Below are positions 39,458 through 49,036 of a stretch of DNA of 64,000 nucleotides, one piece after another. Position 1 is the first letter of the stretch. Every line of letters starts with the position of its first letter. The notes beneath the pieces are model-generated. The model ran no database searches, was not told the DNA's origin, and saw nothing but the letters and a program-made list of their open reading frames with translations. The position numbers were made by a program, and so were the translations under genes. The stretch lies in NCBI GenBank assembly GCA_963766735.1, contig CAVYBU010000017.1:32001-96000 (forward strand), read 5' to 3'. The DNA is from an uncultured Chloroflexia bacterium. GTDB lineage: Bacteria; Chloroflexota; Limnocylindria; Limnocylindrales; CSP1-4.

Positions 39458-40252
39458 ATGACCGACCACGACACCGATCACAACCAGCCTTCATCCCGGA
39501 CCATGCGCAGCGGGCGCGTCTCCATGAGTCCCGCGACCGCGGCCCGCTTCACCGGCCCCCGCACGACCGAGGACGAGAAGCTCCTCCGTGGACGCCGTGC
39601 GGACCGCCCCGCCTTCCTCGAGACGGACACGTGGCGCGCCCTCCGGATCCTCTCGGAGTTCGTGGAGGGGTTCGAGGCGCTCGCGGACGTCGGGGCGGCG
39701 GTCGCGGTGTTCGGATCCGCGCGGACGCCCGAGGATCACCCGGAGTACGCACTCGCGCGGCGCATCGGCGCGGAGCTGGCCAAGGCCGGGTTCGCGGTCA
39801 TCACCGGAGGCGGCCCGGGCACCATGGAGGCCGCCAACCGCGGGGCCCACGAGGCGGGTGGCCTCTCGATCGGCTGCAACATCGAGCTGCCGCACGAGCA
39901 GCACCCGAACACGTACGTGGACCTCTCGGTCGAGTTCCACTACTTCTTCGCGCGCAAGACGATGTTCGTGAAGTACTCCGACGCGTTCGTGATCATGCCC
40001 GGCGGGTTCGGCACCCTGGACGAGCTGTTCGAGTCGCTCACGCTCATCCAGACCGGCAAGATCCGCAACTTCCCCATCGTCCTGATCGGACACGCCTACT
40101 GGGACGGGCTCCTGGCCTGGATGCGGGACGTGCAGGTGCCGGCCGGCGTCATCACCCGGGCCGACCTGGACCTCCTCCGCATCACCGACGATCCCCTCGA
40201 GGCCGTCTCGATCATCACCGCGTTCGCGAAGGCGAACGGCATCGACGGGTAG
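39458..40252 (+). CDS. LOG family (TIGR00730) nucleotide phosphoribohydrolase
   Basis: VFGSART, TGGGPGTMEAANRGA, FFARKTMF, PGGFGTLDELFE. Confidence 0.93.
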   Translation: MTDHDTDHNQPSSRTMRSGRVSMSPATAARFTGPRTTEDEKLLRGRRADRPAFLETDTWRALRILSEFVEGFEALADVGAAVAVFGSARTPEDHPEYALARRIGAELAKAGFAVITGGGPGTMEAANRGAHEAGGLSIGCNIELPHEQHPNTYVDLSVEFHYFFARKTMFVKYSDAFVIMPGGFGTLDELFESLTLIQTGKIRNFPIVLIGHAYWDGLLAWMRDVQVPAGVITRADLDLLRITDDPLEAVSIITAFAKANGIDG

Positions 40253-40313
40253 CCCGCCAGGCAGGCGCGGCGATCAGCGGCCACCCTGCGGATGGCAGCG
40301 GGCGGAACCCAGA

Positions 40314-40790
40314 TCAGCCGGGAACGGCCACCTCGATCATGCCGTCCACGATGCGGACCGGGTAGTAGCGGAACCGGCGGACGCGGGTCTGTCGCCGAGC
40401 CTCGGCCTTCAGGCCCGGCGGGTCGGGTTTCGGGTCGCGGCCGGGGGGCGCCCAGGTTGGGTGATGCCGACCGTCCGGGTCGAGGCCGCCGGTGCTGGGC
40501 ATCTGGACGGGCTCGCCCGTTTCCAGGTCGAAGCGCCCGCTGTGCAGCGGGCACGAGACGACGCACCCATCCAGATCGCCGATCGAGAGGGGAGCCGCCA
40601 TGTGCGGGCACCGGTCGTCCACCGCAGCGAGGCCGAGGGTCGTATGCGCAAGGAGGACGTCGAGATCCCCGAAGCTGATGCGTCGCATCGCGCCCGGGGC
40701 GAGGCCGTCCAGCGGGAGCGCGGCTCGAAACGGGGCCGAGGCGGTGCCGGGGACCAGGAGCTCAGGGCGATACGGGAGGATATCGATCAT
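40314..40790 (-). CDS. Rieske [2Fe-2S] ferredoxin-like protein with insertion
   Basis: RCPHMAAPL...SCPLHSGRFDLETG; YPVRIVDGMIEV. Confidence 0.85.
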   Translation of the reverse strand: MIDILPYRPELLVPGTASAPFRAALPLDGLAPGAMRRISFGDLDVLLAHTTLGLAAVDDRCPHMAAPLSIGDLDGCVVSCPLHSGRFDLETGEPVQMPSTGGLDPDGRHHPTWAPPGRDPKPDPPGLKAEARRQTRVRRFRYYPVRIVDGMIEVAVPG

Positions 40791-40866
40791 GGTCCGATGG
40801 TAGCGCCGGACAGGGAACGGCCCAGCCACCTCGGGGTGACCCGGCCGCTCGCCGGAGGGGGAGGGT

Positions 40867-42603
40867 TCAGTCAAGGGCGGGCTCGACGCCCGGGATGACC
40901 TCATCGGCGATCTCGTCGTACGCTTCCGCGCCCAGGGCCGCCTCGGCGCCTACCGCGCCCGACGCGGCCTTGGCGCCGACCGCCCCGCGGAGCGGGATCT
41001 CGCGCATCGCAAGGGACACGACCAGGGCGAGCAGCGTGGTCCCGGCGCCGATGAGGAACACCTCGCCGATGGCGATGCTGAACGCCTGGTGGATGCCGTT
41101 CACGATGTCGTTGATGAAGGGTGCGACCGCGGTGCGGATGGGCTCCGGGATCGTGGCCAGGATCGTCTCGCCGAGCGGCCTGCCCACCTCCACGAGGCTC
41201 GTCGCCTGGCCGCCCCCCAGGCTCTTGAGCGCCTCCGCGGGCACACCGGCCGCAACCAGCTTCGGTGCGAGCGGTGCCAGCTGCACCGAGACCTCGCTCG
41301 TGAGCCGGGTGCCGAACACCGTGCCGAGCATGGCCAGGCCCACCACGCCGCCCATCTGGCGGAAGAAGGTGAGGTTCGAGGTGGCCACGCCCAGCGCCCG
41401 CACCGGGACGGCGTTCTGGACGACGATCGTGAACACCGCCAACGTGGGCCCGATGCCCACGCCGGTGATGAACATCCAGGCCCACAGCACCGGCAGCGGG
41501 GTGTCGGCCTGGAGGTGCGACATCAGGAACAGGCCGACGCCCATGATCCCGAGGCCGCCCACGATCAGTGCCTTGTACCTGCCTGTCCGGGCGACGATCT
41601 GACCCGAGCCGATGGAGCTGATGATCAGGCCGGCGAGCAGGGCCAACGAGTACAGGCCCGACATCGTGGGCGTGGCGCCGTAGACGAACTGGAACCATTG
41701 CGGCAGGAACACGGCGGCCCCGAAGAAGCCGAAGCTGATCAGGAAGGTCGCGATGATCGAGGTCGCGTACGTGCGGTCCTTCCAGAGGTCCAGCGGGACG
41801 ATCGGCTCCTTGGCACGCGACTCGATGAACACGAACACCGCGCCCAGCGCCAGGCCGATGAGGATGAGTCCGCCAACCTCGAACACCGCCCAGTCCGCGG
41901 TCTGCTTGTTGGTGAGACCGATCAGCAGGGCTCCCACTGCGACGGCGAACACCCCGCCGCCCAGGAAGTCGAGGTTGTGAGTGACGCCCGGCCGGCGCAC
42001 GTTCGGGAGCAGACGCCCGATGACTGCGAGCGTCACGAGGCCGATCGGGATGTTGATGAAGAAGATCCAGTGCCACGAGAGCTGCTCGGTCACGAACCCC
42101 CCGAGCAGCGGCCCGAGGATCGCGCTGATGCCGAACACTGCCCCGAACAGGCCCTGGTACTTGCCGCGCTCAGCCGGGGTGAACAGGTCCCCGATGACCG
42201 CGAGGCTGATCGGGAACAGGGCGCCGGCACCCAGGCCCTGGATGCCCCGGAAGATGATCAGCTGGTTCATGTCCTGGCTCAGGCCGGACAGCGCGGAGCC
42301 GATCAGGAACACGGTGATGCCGAAGATCAGCAGCGGCTTGCGCCCGTACAGGTCCGACAGCTTGCCGTAGAACGGCACCGTGATCGTCGAGGTCAGCAGG
42401 TAGATCGTGATCGTCCAGGTCAGCAGCGTCTGGCCGCCGAGATCGGTCACGATGGTGGGCAGGGCGACGCCGACGATCGTCTGGTCGAGGGCGCCGAGGA
42501 ACAGGCCCAGGAGGATCGCGAAGAGGATCTCCATCTTCGCGCGGTGGGAGAGGTCCAGGGCTCCGAAGCCGTGGGACGGCCCGGCTTCCTGCTCCAGCGT
42601 CAT
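40867..42603 (-). CDS. MFS DHA2 (EmrB/QacA-type) efflux transporter
   Basis: LDQTIVGVALP, GKLSDLYGRK, RGIQGLGAG, WHWIFFINIPIG; about 14 TM. Confidence 0.93.
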   Translation of the reverse strand: MTLEQEAGPSHGFGALDLSHRAKMEILFAILLGLFLGALDQTIVGVALPTIVTDLGGQTLLTWTITIYLLTSTITVPFYGKLSDLYGRKPLLIFGITVFLIGSALSGLSQDMNQLIIFRGIQGLGAGALFPISLAVIGDLFTPAERGKYQGLFGAVFGISAILGPLLGGFVTEQLSWHWIFFINIPIGLVTLAVIGRLLPNVRRPGVTHNLDFLGGGVFAVAVGALLIGLTNKQTADWAVFEVGGLILIGLALGAVFVFIESRAKEPIVPLDLWKDRTYATSIIATFLISFGFFGAAVFLPQWFQFVYGATPTMSGLYSLALLAGLIISSIGSGQIVARTGRYKALIVGGLGIMGVGLFLMSHLQADTPLPVLWAWMFITGVGIGPTLAVFTIVVQNAVPVRALGVATSNLTFFRQMGGVVGLAMLGTVFGTRLTSEVSVQLAPLAPKLVAAGVPAEALKSLGGGQATSLVEVGRPLGETILATIPEPIRTAVAPFINDIVNGIHQAFSIAIGEVFLIGAGTTLLALVVSLAMREIPLRGAVGAKAASGAVGAEAALGAEAYDEIADEVIPGVEPALD

Positions 42604-42628
42604 GGGTTCCAAAGAGGGGTTCCTTTCG

Positions 42629-43219
42629 TCAGGCGCCGGCAGTGCCGGTGATCGGGGACGTGTCGGCGCCGTCCTGGGCGGGCATCCTGCGGCCGGACTG
42701 ACCGTGAGGGTGGGTGCACTGGGCAAGGGAGGCGTAGCGATCGGGGGCTTCTGCCAGCTCGGCGGTGATCGCCGCCTGGAGATCCCCGGCGGCGGCTGCC
42801 ATGCGGTCGAGCTCGTCGGGCGCCAGGCGGCCGAGAGCCGAGGCGAGGATGTCGCTCTTCACCAGCTCTGCCTCGTCCACGAGGTCCAGGCCCGCCGGCG
42901 TCGGACGGACGAGGACGAGGCGGCGGTCGTCGGGGACGCGGACCCGCTCCACGAGACCGCGCTCCTCCATCCTGTCGATGATCCCTGTCGCGCTCGAAAC
43001 GGAGGCGTCAAGGATCTCGGCCAGGTGGCCCATGGGCATGGCGTCGTGATGGCGGAGCAGCGTCAGCACGTGGAAATGGGTCATGCTGATGCCGAGCCGC
43101 ACCAGTCGCTGGGATCCGGCGCACCGCAGGGAACCGACGGCTCGGCCGAGATTGGCAACGACCCGCTCGGCGGCCTCCCGTTGGAGTGCCTCCCCGGTCG
43201 TGGGTATAGTGGTTCGCAT
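42629..43219 (-). CDS. MarR family transcriptional regulator
   Basis: ISMTHFHVL, ATGIIDRMEERGLVER...DDRR...LTPAG-like wing. Confidence 0.9.
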   Translation of the reverse strand: MRTTIPTTGEALQREAAERVVANLGRAVGSLRCAGSQRLVRLGISMTHFHVLTLLRHHDAMPMGHLAEILDASVSSATGIIDRMEERGLVERVRVPDDRRLVLVRPTPAGLDLVDEAELVKSDILASALGRLAPDELDRMAAAAGDLQAAITAELAEAPDRYASLAQCTHPHGQSGRRMPAQDGADTSPITGTAGA

Positions 43220-43224
43220 GAAGT

Positions 43225-43269
43225 GAAGTATTTACGCCATACGAATAGTTCTGTCAACTGGAACCATTC
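43225..43269. promoter_or_regulatory. AT-rich divergent promoter with inverted-repeat operator (probably MarR)
   Basis: GAATAGTTC-N9-GAACCATTC (43243-43269, 8/9 inverted repeat) around a minus-strand TTGACA (43252-43257). A further half-site GAAGTATTT lies at 43225-43233. Confidence 0.6.
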
Positions 43270-43289
43270 ACACAACATGGAGGATCCGC

Positions 43290-44252
43290 GTGCGTTTCGC
43301 CCTGATGATCGAGCCCCAGCAGGGCCTCACCTACGAGGACCAGCTCGCCATCGCGCTGCGAGCCGAGGCGGCCGGCTTCGAGACCCTGTTCCGCTCCGAC
43401 CATTACGAGAGCTTCCCGGGCGCGTCAGGCGGACACACGACCGATGCCTGGGCCGTGCTGGCTGGGCTGGCCCGGGACACCGCGAGGATCGGCCTGGGGG
43501 TCCTGGTGTCGCCGGTCGCGTTCCGGACTCCGGGGAACCTGGCCAAGGTGGTAGTGACGGTCGACGAGATGAGCGGCGGCCGCGTGGAGGTTGGCCTTGG
43601 GGCCGGCTGGCACGAGGACGAGCACCGTCGCCACGGGTTCCCGTTCCCGGAGATCGGGGAGCGGGCCGAGCGCCTCGAGGAGACGCTCGAGATCCTGCAT
43701 GGCCTCTGGGACGAGCCCGACGGGTGGTCCTTCGCGGGCCGGCACTACGCCGTTGAGGACGCCGTCTTCCGGCCGAAGCCGGGTTCGTTGCCCGGACGGG
43801 ATGGGCGACGGCCGAACATCCTGGTGGGCGGCCAGGGAACGCCGCGCTCGTTCCGGATCGCCGCTCGCCATGCGGACGAGTTCAACCTCTCATCGACCAG
43901 TCCCGAGGATGCGGTCGCGAAGTTCGCCCAGCTTGACGATGTCCTGCGAGCAGTCGGGCGGGACCCTGCCACGCTGACCCGCTCGGTCATGGCCGGGGTC
44001 CTGGTCGGGCGCGACGCCGCGGAGGTCACGCGACGCCAGGGCGAGCTGATGATGGCCCTGGGCGCTGCCGACGGGGAATCCGAGGCCTGGTTCGAGACGC
44101 GCCGGCCGCGCTGGGTGCTGGGCACGCCAGATCAGGCCCGCGACGTGGTCCGGCGTTTCGCCGACATCGGCGTGGAACGCATCATGCTGCAGGACTTCCT
44201 GCCGAGGGACCTCGACATGATCGATCTTGCCGCGGAGGCGCTGTTCGGCTGA
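43290..44252 (+). CDS. LLM-class F420-dependent oxidoreductase (Rv1855c-like)
   Basis: EPQQG, FRSDHY, TDAWAVLAGLARDT, DEMSGGRVEVGLGAGW, VGGQG. Confidence 0.9.
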   Translation: MRFALMIEPQQGLTYEDQLAIALRAEAAGFETLFRSDHYESFPGASGGHTTDAWAVLAGLARDTARIGLGVLVSPVAFRTPGNLAKVVVTVDEMSGGRVEVGLGAGWHEDEHRRHGFPFPEIGERAERLEETLEILHGLWDEPDGWSFAGRHYAVEDAVFRPKPGSLPGRDGRRPNILVGGQGTPRSFRIAARHADEFNLSSTSPEDAVAKFAQLDDVLRAVGRDPATLTRSVMAGVLVGRDAAEVTRRQGELMMALGAADGESEAWFETRRPRWVLGTPDQARDVVRRFADIGVERIMLQDFLPRDLDMIDLAAEALFG

Positions 44253-44282
44253 CGGATCGGAGGAAGCCGGCCGCGTCCTCAG

Positions 44283-44348
44283 GTGTCCCGCTCAGGCATC
44301 CGGCGCGCGCGCCACGTGTCCGGCTCAGGCGTCCGGCGCGTCCGCCAC
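44283..44348. repeat. 33-bp imperfect tandem duplication spanning the SIS gene stop
   Basis: gtgtcccgctcaggcatccggcgcgcgcgccac and gtgtccggctcaggcgtccggcgcgtccgccac (29/33 identical). Confidence 0.85.
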
Positions 44349-45563
44349 GTCGGCTGCCCGGAGATAGACGGGGTCATCGCGCCGGATCGGATCGGGGTTT
44401 GTGCCGCGGGCGGCAGACACCTCGAGCGTGACCAGCTGGAGGGGTCCCGCGCCGCCCAGCAGGGCCGCCGCTGCATTGCTCATCGCCGGCGACTCAGGCA
44501 CCACGATCCGTCCGCCTGGCGTCAGTTCGCCGGGGATGAGCGCGGCGGCCGCCTCGCCGAGGAACGCCGCGGGGCGCATGCCCGTGACGGCCGCAGCAGC
44601 GAGGGCCTGTCGGGCACGTGATGCGCGCGCCTCGAGGCCCTCGCGCTCCAGGAGCACGAGGACGAGCGCGGTCTCGGCTCCGGTGGCAGGCAGGTGTCCG
44701 TGCAGGAAGGTCTCCAGGTCACGTGCCGCGGATGGCACCCACGCCGCTTCCTCGACCTTGAGGACGAGCTCGCGGGCCGTGATCCGGTCCGAGCCCGACG
44801 CGACCACGAGGAGCTGCCGGGATGCCGCGATGCCTGCTCCGATGGCCGCGTCCGGGCGGCTGCCTCCCGGATCGGCTGCGTGGGCCGCCTCGATCCCGTC
44901 GGCCAGGCGCGCCGCATACGCCTCGGGCTCCGGCGTCTGGCCGGCCAGGAGGTCGGCCGTGACGGCGGCGGCGACCATCGGCGAGACGTAGCCCACCGTG
45001 TGGCACCAGCTGCGGTCCATCTCGACCGTGGCAAGGACGATGTCCGCGGTGCTCGTGACCGGGGAGCCGGCGCTGGCAGTGATCGTCGCCGTGCGGACCC
45101 CGAGGGCCCGCGACGCGTTCAGCGCGGCGATCGTGGCGGCCGTGCCGCCCTCGTGGCTGCAGCCGATGACGAGTCCCTCGGCCGGCGGGTCGAGGGACAC
45201 CTCGAACGCCTGACCGGTCACGGGACCCCAGCCGGGCAGCCCGGCCCGACGCCAGCCATCGCGGAGGATCGCGGCAGCGCCCAGGGCGGCGTGCTCGGAG
45301 GTGCCGCAGCCCGTGGTCAGAACCGGGCCGCCTCCCACGGTCGTGTGGCGAACCGCGGCCGCAAGCGCGTGGGCGGACCCGTCGGCCACGAGCCGCCGGG
45401 CGATTCGGGCGGCCAGCGCGGGTTGGGCGGCGATCATCTCGGCCATCGCCCACGGCGGGCCGTCCCGTCGGGCGGGCATCGGGAGGTAGTCCCAGGGTTC
45501 GGGAGCGCCGGTCAGGGTGGCGTTGGCGTCGAATGAGCCGAGCGCGGCACGCAGATCGTCCAT
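44325..45563 (-). CDS. Double SIS-domain sugar-phosphate isomerase/deglycase-like protein (GlmS isomerase-like, no glutaminase)
   Basis: EMIAAQP, TGCGTSEHAA, SHEGGT, ELVLKVEE, ETFLHGH. Confidence 0.8.
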   Translation of the reverse strand: MDDLRAALGSFDANATLTGAPEPWDYLPMPARRDGPPWAMAEMIAAQPALAARIARRLVADGSAHALAAAVRHTTVGGGPVLTTGCGTSEHAALGAAAILRDGWRRAGLPGWGPVTGQAFEVSLDPPAEGLVIGCSHEGGTAATIAALNASRALGVRTATITASAGSPVTSTADIVLATVEMDRSWCHTVGYVSPMVAAAVTADLLAGQTPEPEAYAARLADGIEAAHAADPGGSRPDAAIGAGIAASRQLLVVASGSDRITARELVLKVEEAAWVPSAARDLETFLHGHLPATGAETALVLVLLEREGLEARASRARQALAAAAVTGMRPAAFLGEAAAALIPGELTPGGRIVVPESPAMSNAAAALLGGAGPLQLVTLEVSAARGTNPDPIRRDDPVYLRAADVADAPDA

Positions 45564-45693
45564 CCGCTGATGCTAGACGGATTGCCGTCCGAACGGGCGG
45601 GTCGTCTCCCCGAGCAGGACGGGCCTGCTCCATCGGGACCCCAGACGTGCTGATCCCGTCGGACCGATCCCGATCGCGCCGAACGCCGGACGC

Positions 45694-46149
45694 TCAGGGC
45701 TTCGCGGTCGGCAGCCGTCCCATCGTGCGAGCAGGCCAGTACCGGAACCAGGCCCGTCCCACCAGCGCCCCCACCGGGACGGGTCCGTACCGCCGCGAGT
45801 CCACCGCCGGCCCCGATCCCGTCGCCAGGAGTGAACTGTCGGAGGCATCGGAGACCAGCCACGCCTCGTCCCCGGCCATCTGCAGGCGCCCGTCGGCGAA
45901 GGAGATCCAATCCCCGGGCCGGGCTGCCACTCGCTTGATCGCAAGCACGCCGGAGCCTGGCTCCCGGAATACCACCACGGACCCGCGCCGGGGCCACCGA
46001 CCGACCGTGGGATCGACCAGCAGCCAGTCGCCGGGCTCGATCGCCGGTCGCATCGAACCCTCTGCCACGGCAACGCGCCACGGTCCCGCCAGGCGTCGGC
46101 GCAGCCCGTCCCGGCGCGCGACACCCGGGACGCGACGAGGCCCCGTCAC
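45694..46149 (-). CDS. sodX: Nickel-SOD maturation protease (peptidase S26)
   Basis: VAEGSMRPAI.PGD, IKRV, DSRRYGPV; directly downstream of sodN. Confidence 0.85.
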   Translation of the reverse strand: MTGPRRVPGVARRDGLRRRLAGPWRVAVAEGSMRPAIEPGDWLLVDPTVGRWPRRGSVVVFREPGSGVLAIKRVAARPGDWISFADGRLQMAGDEAWLVSDASDSSLLATGSGPAVDSRRYGPVPVGALVGRAWFRYWPARTMGRLPTAKP

Positions 46150-46188
46150 CGACGGGGCCTCGAACGGGACATCAACGTGAGAGCGGGA

Positions 46189-46620
46189 TCAGCTGGGGCG
46201 GCCGGCGACGCGCGTCTTGGCGAGCCCGCCGGTGGCCTTCCAGGCCGCGTCCACCTCGTCGATGAGATCGAGCAGCTTCTGCGCGTCGTCAAGGTTGGTG
46301 GAGGCCTTCACGGTGGAGACCTGCTTGGTCGCGCTCCAGAAGAGCTCGTGCAGGTTCGGGACCGTCTCGAGGTGCTCGGGCTTGAAGTAGTCGTGCCAGA
46401 GCGTGTCCAGGTGGTGCTTGACCAGGTCCGCCTGCTTCTCCTTGATCGCGATCGCGCGGGTGCGGAACGCCGGATCCTCGCTGGCAACGTATCGCTGGAT
46501 GATCCGGTAGCAGGACTCGGCCTCGATTCGGGCCTGCTCGGGGTCGTAGACGCCGCAGGGCAGGTCGCAATGGGCGTGGGCGACGACCTTTGGGGCGAGG
46601 AGACGGGTGAGCGCGGACAT
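46189..46620 (-). CDS. sodN: Nickel superoxide dismutase
   Basis: Propeptide followed by the Ni-hook HCDLPCGVYDP; GGAGG RBS. Confidence 0.97.
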   Translation of the reverse strand: MSALTRLLAPKVVAHAHCDLPCGVYDPEQARIEAESCYRIIQRYVASEDPAFRTRAIAIKEKQADLVKHHLDTLWHDYFKPEHLETVPNLHELFWSATKQVSTVKASTNLDDAQKLLDLIDEVDAAWKATGGLAKTRVAGRPS

Positions 46621-46690
46621 GAGCGACCTCCGGGGGGTGGGGCGGGTGCGGGTTGTCGCGGGTGGGGACCAACCGAGCGCCCTGCCCGCA

Positions 46691-46719
46691 AGTGTCCCGT
46701 CGCTGCCCGAGGCTGTCAA
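46691..46719 (-). promoter_or_regulatory. Putative sigma70-type promoter of sodN (TTGACA-N17-GACACT)
   Basis: Perfect -35 at 46719-46714, 17-nt spacer, weaker -10. Confidence 0.5.
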
Positions 46720-46809
46720 ACGTGGCGGTCCCGCGGAGACTGGACGCCGCCGGCAGCGGTCGCCGGCAGCGACCTGCAAGGGGTTGTGCCGGACCCCTAC
46801 CATCGACCG

Positions 46810-47358
46810 ATGAGCCCACACGCGATCGAGATCGAGCGCAAGTTCCGGCTTCGCGTCGCGCCGGCTCCCGCGATGCTTGCCGCAAGCGACGCGGTGGCGC
46901 TGAGGATCCGGCAGGTCTACATCGGGAATGGCCGGAACGCCGAGCGGCTCCGCCGGGTCGAGACCGCCGACGGGGTGGTGACCTTCCGGCTGACCCGCAA
47001 GCGACGCATCGGCGCCTATGCGTTCGAGGAGCAGGAAGAGGCGATCGACGAGGCGGCCTGGCTGGCCGGGCTGGAGCGGGCGGACCCGTCCCGGCGCCCG
47101 ATCCACAAGACGCGACACGTCGTGCCGCACGGCGAGCAGCAGCTGGAGATCGACGTGTTCGACGAACCCGCGGATCTGGTGGTGGTCGAGGTGGAGCTGC
47201 AGCACGAGGACGAGCCCGTGGAGCTGCCGGCCTGGCTGGGTGAGTGGGCCGAGGTCACCGGCGACGAGCGCTACTTCAACGCGGTGATCGCGCGGCTCGA
47301 CGGGGAGGTTCCGGCGTGGGAAACCGCGGGGCCCGGTGCCCGCACCGGGACCGGGTGA
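46810..47358 (+). CDS. CYTH domain protein (triphosphate tunnel metalloenzyme)
   Basis: EIERKF, IRQVY, RLRR, IHKTRH, EIDVF, VEVEL, EVTGDERYFN. Confidence 0.9.
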   Translation: MSPHAIEIERKFRLRVAPAPAMLAASDAVALRIRQVYIGNGRNAERLRRVETADGVVTFRLTRKRRIGAYAFEEQEEAIDEAAWLAGLERADPSRRPIHKTRHVVPHGEQQLEIDVFDEPADLVVVEVELQHEDEPVELPAWLGEWAEVTGDERYFNAVIARLDGEVPAWETAGPGARTGTG

Positions 47359-47404
47359 TGGGCCGGCACGTGCCGTCGCCCTTCGGCCGGGTATTATCCC
47401 GCCG

Positions 47405-48634
47405 ATGACCGACCGAGGGCTCCCGATCGTCAACGGCGCCCCCGCGTGCCCCTTCGTGGCGTTCGAGGACGACCGCGACGGGCGCGCGCTGGCTCCCGAT
47501 CACCGGCACCGCTGCTTCGCGGAGTCGAAGCCTGCTCCGCGTGCCCTCGCCCACCAGGAGGCGTACTGCCTCGCCTCCGCATTCCCGGTGTGTCCCACGT
47601 TCCAGGACTGGGCCCGCCGAGAGGCCGCCGCCGCGCGCCCCGGTTCCGCGGACATCAATTCGCACCGCGAGGACATTCCGGCCGTCACGCCGGTGAGCAC
47701 GCCACTGCCGCCCCGGGACCGGGAGCCGCGCAGCTCACCGGGCACCGAGACCCCGCCGCCGCTGCCGCCCCGCCGCAATCCGCAACGGGACTGGGCCGCG
47801 CCGCCTCCCTGGTCCGCCGACGAGCCCGAACGCGACCCGGGTGCAGATCCGTCCCGCTACGCCCCGCCCCCGGCTGTCCCAGCAGCAGCTGCCGGTGCGG
47901 CGGCCTGGGGCGCCGATTCGCGCGGCCTCGCGGGCAGCGCGGCCGATCGCCTGGCCGGCCCGGATCCGGACCAGCCCACGGCCCCCGGGCAATCCGGCTA
48001 CGCCCCGCTGCCTCCGGATGATCTGGGCGACGCCCCAGGGATCGCGGACGTGCATCTCGACCAGGATCCCGGCGAGACTGGCACGCCGCGGCGGGCCGGC
48101 CGGCGGGCCCCTGCTCCCGGCCGCCTCGACCAGGTGAGCCGCCCACCGGCACAGGACCCCTCCGAGATGTTCGGGCCGGCATGGGAGAAGCCCCAGCGCT
48201 ACGAGGCCTACCCGAGCCTGCGCACCCGGGTCGGGCTGCCGAGCTTCGGCGGCGGGATCTCGCGCCTGGGCGTTGCCGTGCTGGCGCTCGTGTTCGCCGC
48301 CGTTGCCCTCTTCTTCGTTGGCCCGATGCTCCTGGGGATCGGCAACGATGGCGGCGGAGGAGCCGCGGCCACGCCCAGGCCGACCGCCGCGGCGGCGACA
48401 CCGAGTGCGGCCCCGACGCTGGCACCCGCGCCCACGCCGCAGGTCTACGTGGTGGCCAAGGGCGACACGATGTCCAGGATCGCCAAGAAGTTCGGCGTGA
48501 CGGTCGAGGAGCTCACGGCTGCCAACCCGCAGGTCAAGAACCCGAACAAGATCAAGATCGGCGACGAGCTGACGATCCCGGTCCCCACGTCGGATGGCGT
48601 GCCTGACGCCGGCGAGGAGTCCGCCGAGCCCTGA
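47405..48634 (+). CDS. Membrane protein with N-terminal Cys/His motif, Pro-rich linker, TM and C-terminal LysM
   Basis: CPF...HRC...HQEAYC...CP; TM AVLALVFAAVALFFVGPMLLGI; YVVAKGDTMSRIAKKFGVTVEELTAANP...IKIGDELTIP. Confidence 0.88.
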   Translation: MTDRGLPIVNGAPACPFVAFEDDRDGRALAPDHRHRCFAESKPAPRALAHQEAYCLASAFPVCPTFQDWARREAAAARPGSADINSHREDIPAVTPVSTPLPPRDREPRSSPGTETPPPLPPRRNPQRDWAAPPPWSADEPERDPGADPSRYAPPPAVPAAAAGAAAWGADSRGLAGSAADRLAGPDPDQPTAPGQSGYAPLPPDDLGDAPGIADVHLDQDPGETGTPRRAGRRAPAPGRLDQVSRPPAQDPSEMFGPAWEKPQRYEAYPSLRTRVGLPSFGGGISRLGVAVLALVFAAVALFFVGPMLLGIGNDGGGGAAATPRPTAAAATPSAAPTLAPAPTPQVYVVAKGDTMSRIAKKFGVTVEELTAANPQVKNPNKIKIGDELTIPVPTSDGVPDAGEESAEP

Positions 48635-48676
48635 CCGTGGGGGTTCGGGCGGGGGCTCCGACGCGGGATCGGAGCG

Positions 48677-49012
48677 CTATCGGGAGTAGGGCGTCAGGTT
48701 GATCGAGGTGATCTTGCCGGCCTCGACGCGGAACTGGGCGTCGAGATGCTGGCTGGGCGCCCCGGGGCGGATCACGATGAGGTCGGCCTCGTAGGTGTTG
48801 CCCATGTCCCGCCCGTCGCCCGGGACCATCTTGAGGCCCTTGTCGGCCCGCAGGAACCAGCCGCCCACCCGCTCCACGCCGCGGAGCAGCTGGGCGTTGT
48901 CGCCGACGTGGACGCGCATCTCCACGCGCTCGTCCATCAGCGCCACGGCGCCGGCGACGTCGCCCTCATTGAGGCGCTCGAAGAAGATCTCCATGGTGTC
49001 GGTGGCTCCCAT
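48677..49012 (-). CDS. SnoaL/NTF2-like protein
   Basis: FFERLNEGDVAGAVALMDE...FRVEAGKITSI. Confidence 0.7.
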   Translation of the reverse strand: MGATDTMEIFFERLNEGDVAGAVALMDERVEMRVHVGDNAQLLRGVERVGGWFLRADKGLKMVPGDGRDMGNTYEADLIVIRPGAPSQHLDAQFRVEAGKITSINLTPYSR

Positions 49013-49036
49013 GGCCCGGAGTGTACCGTGGCCGGC

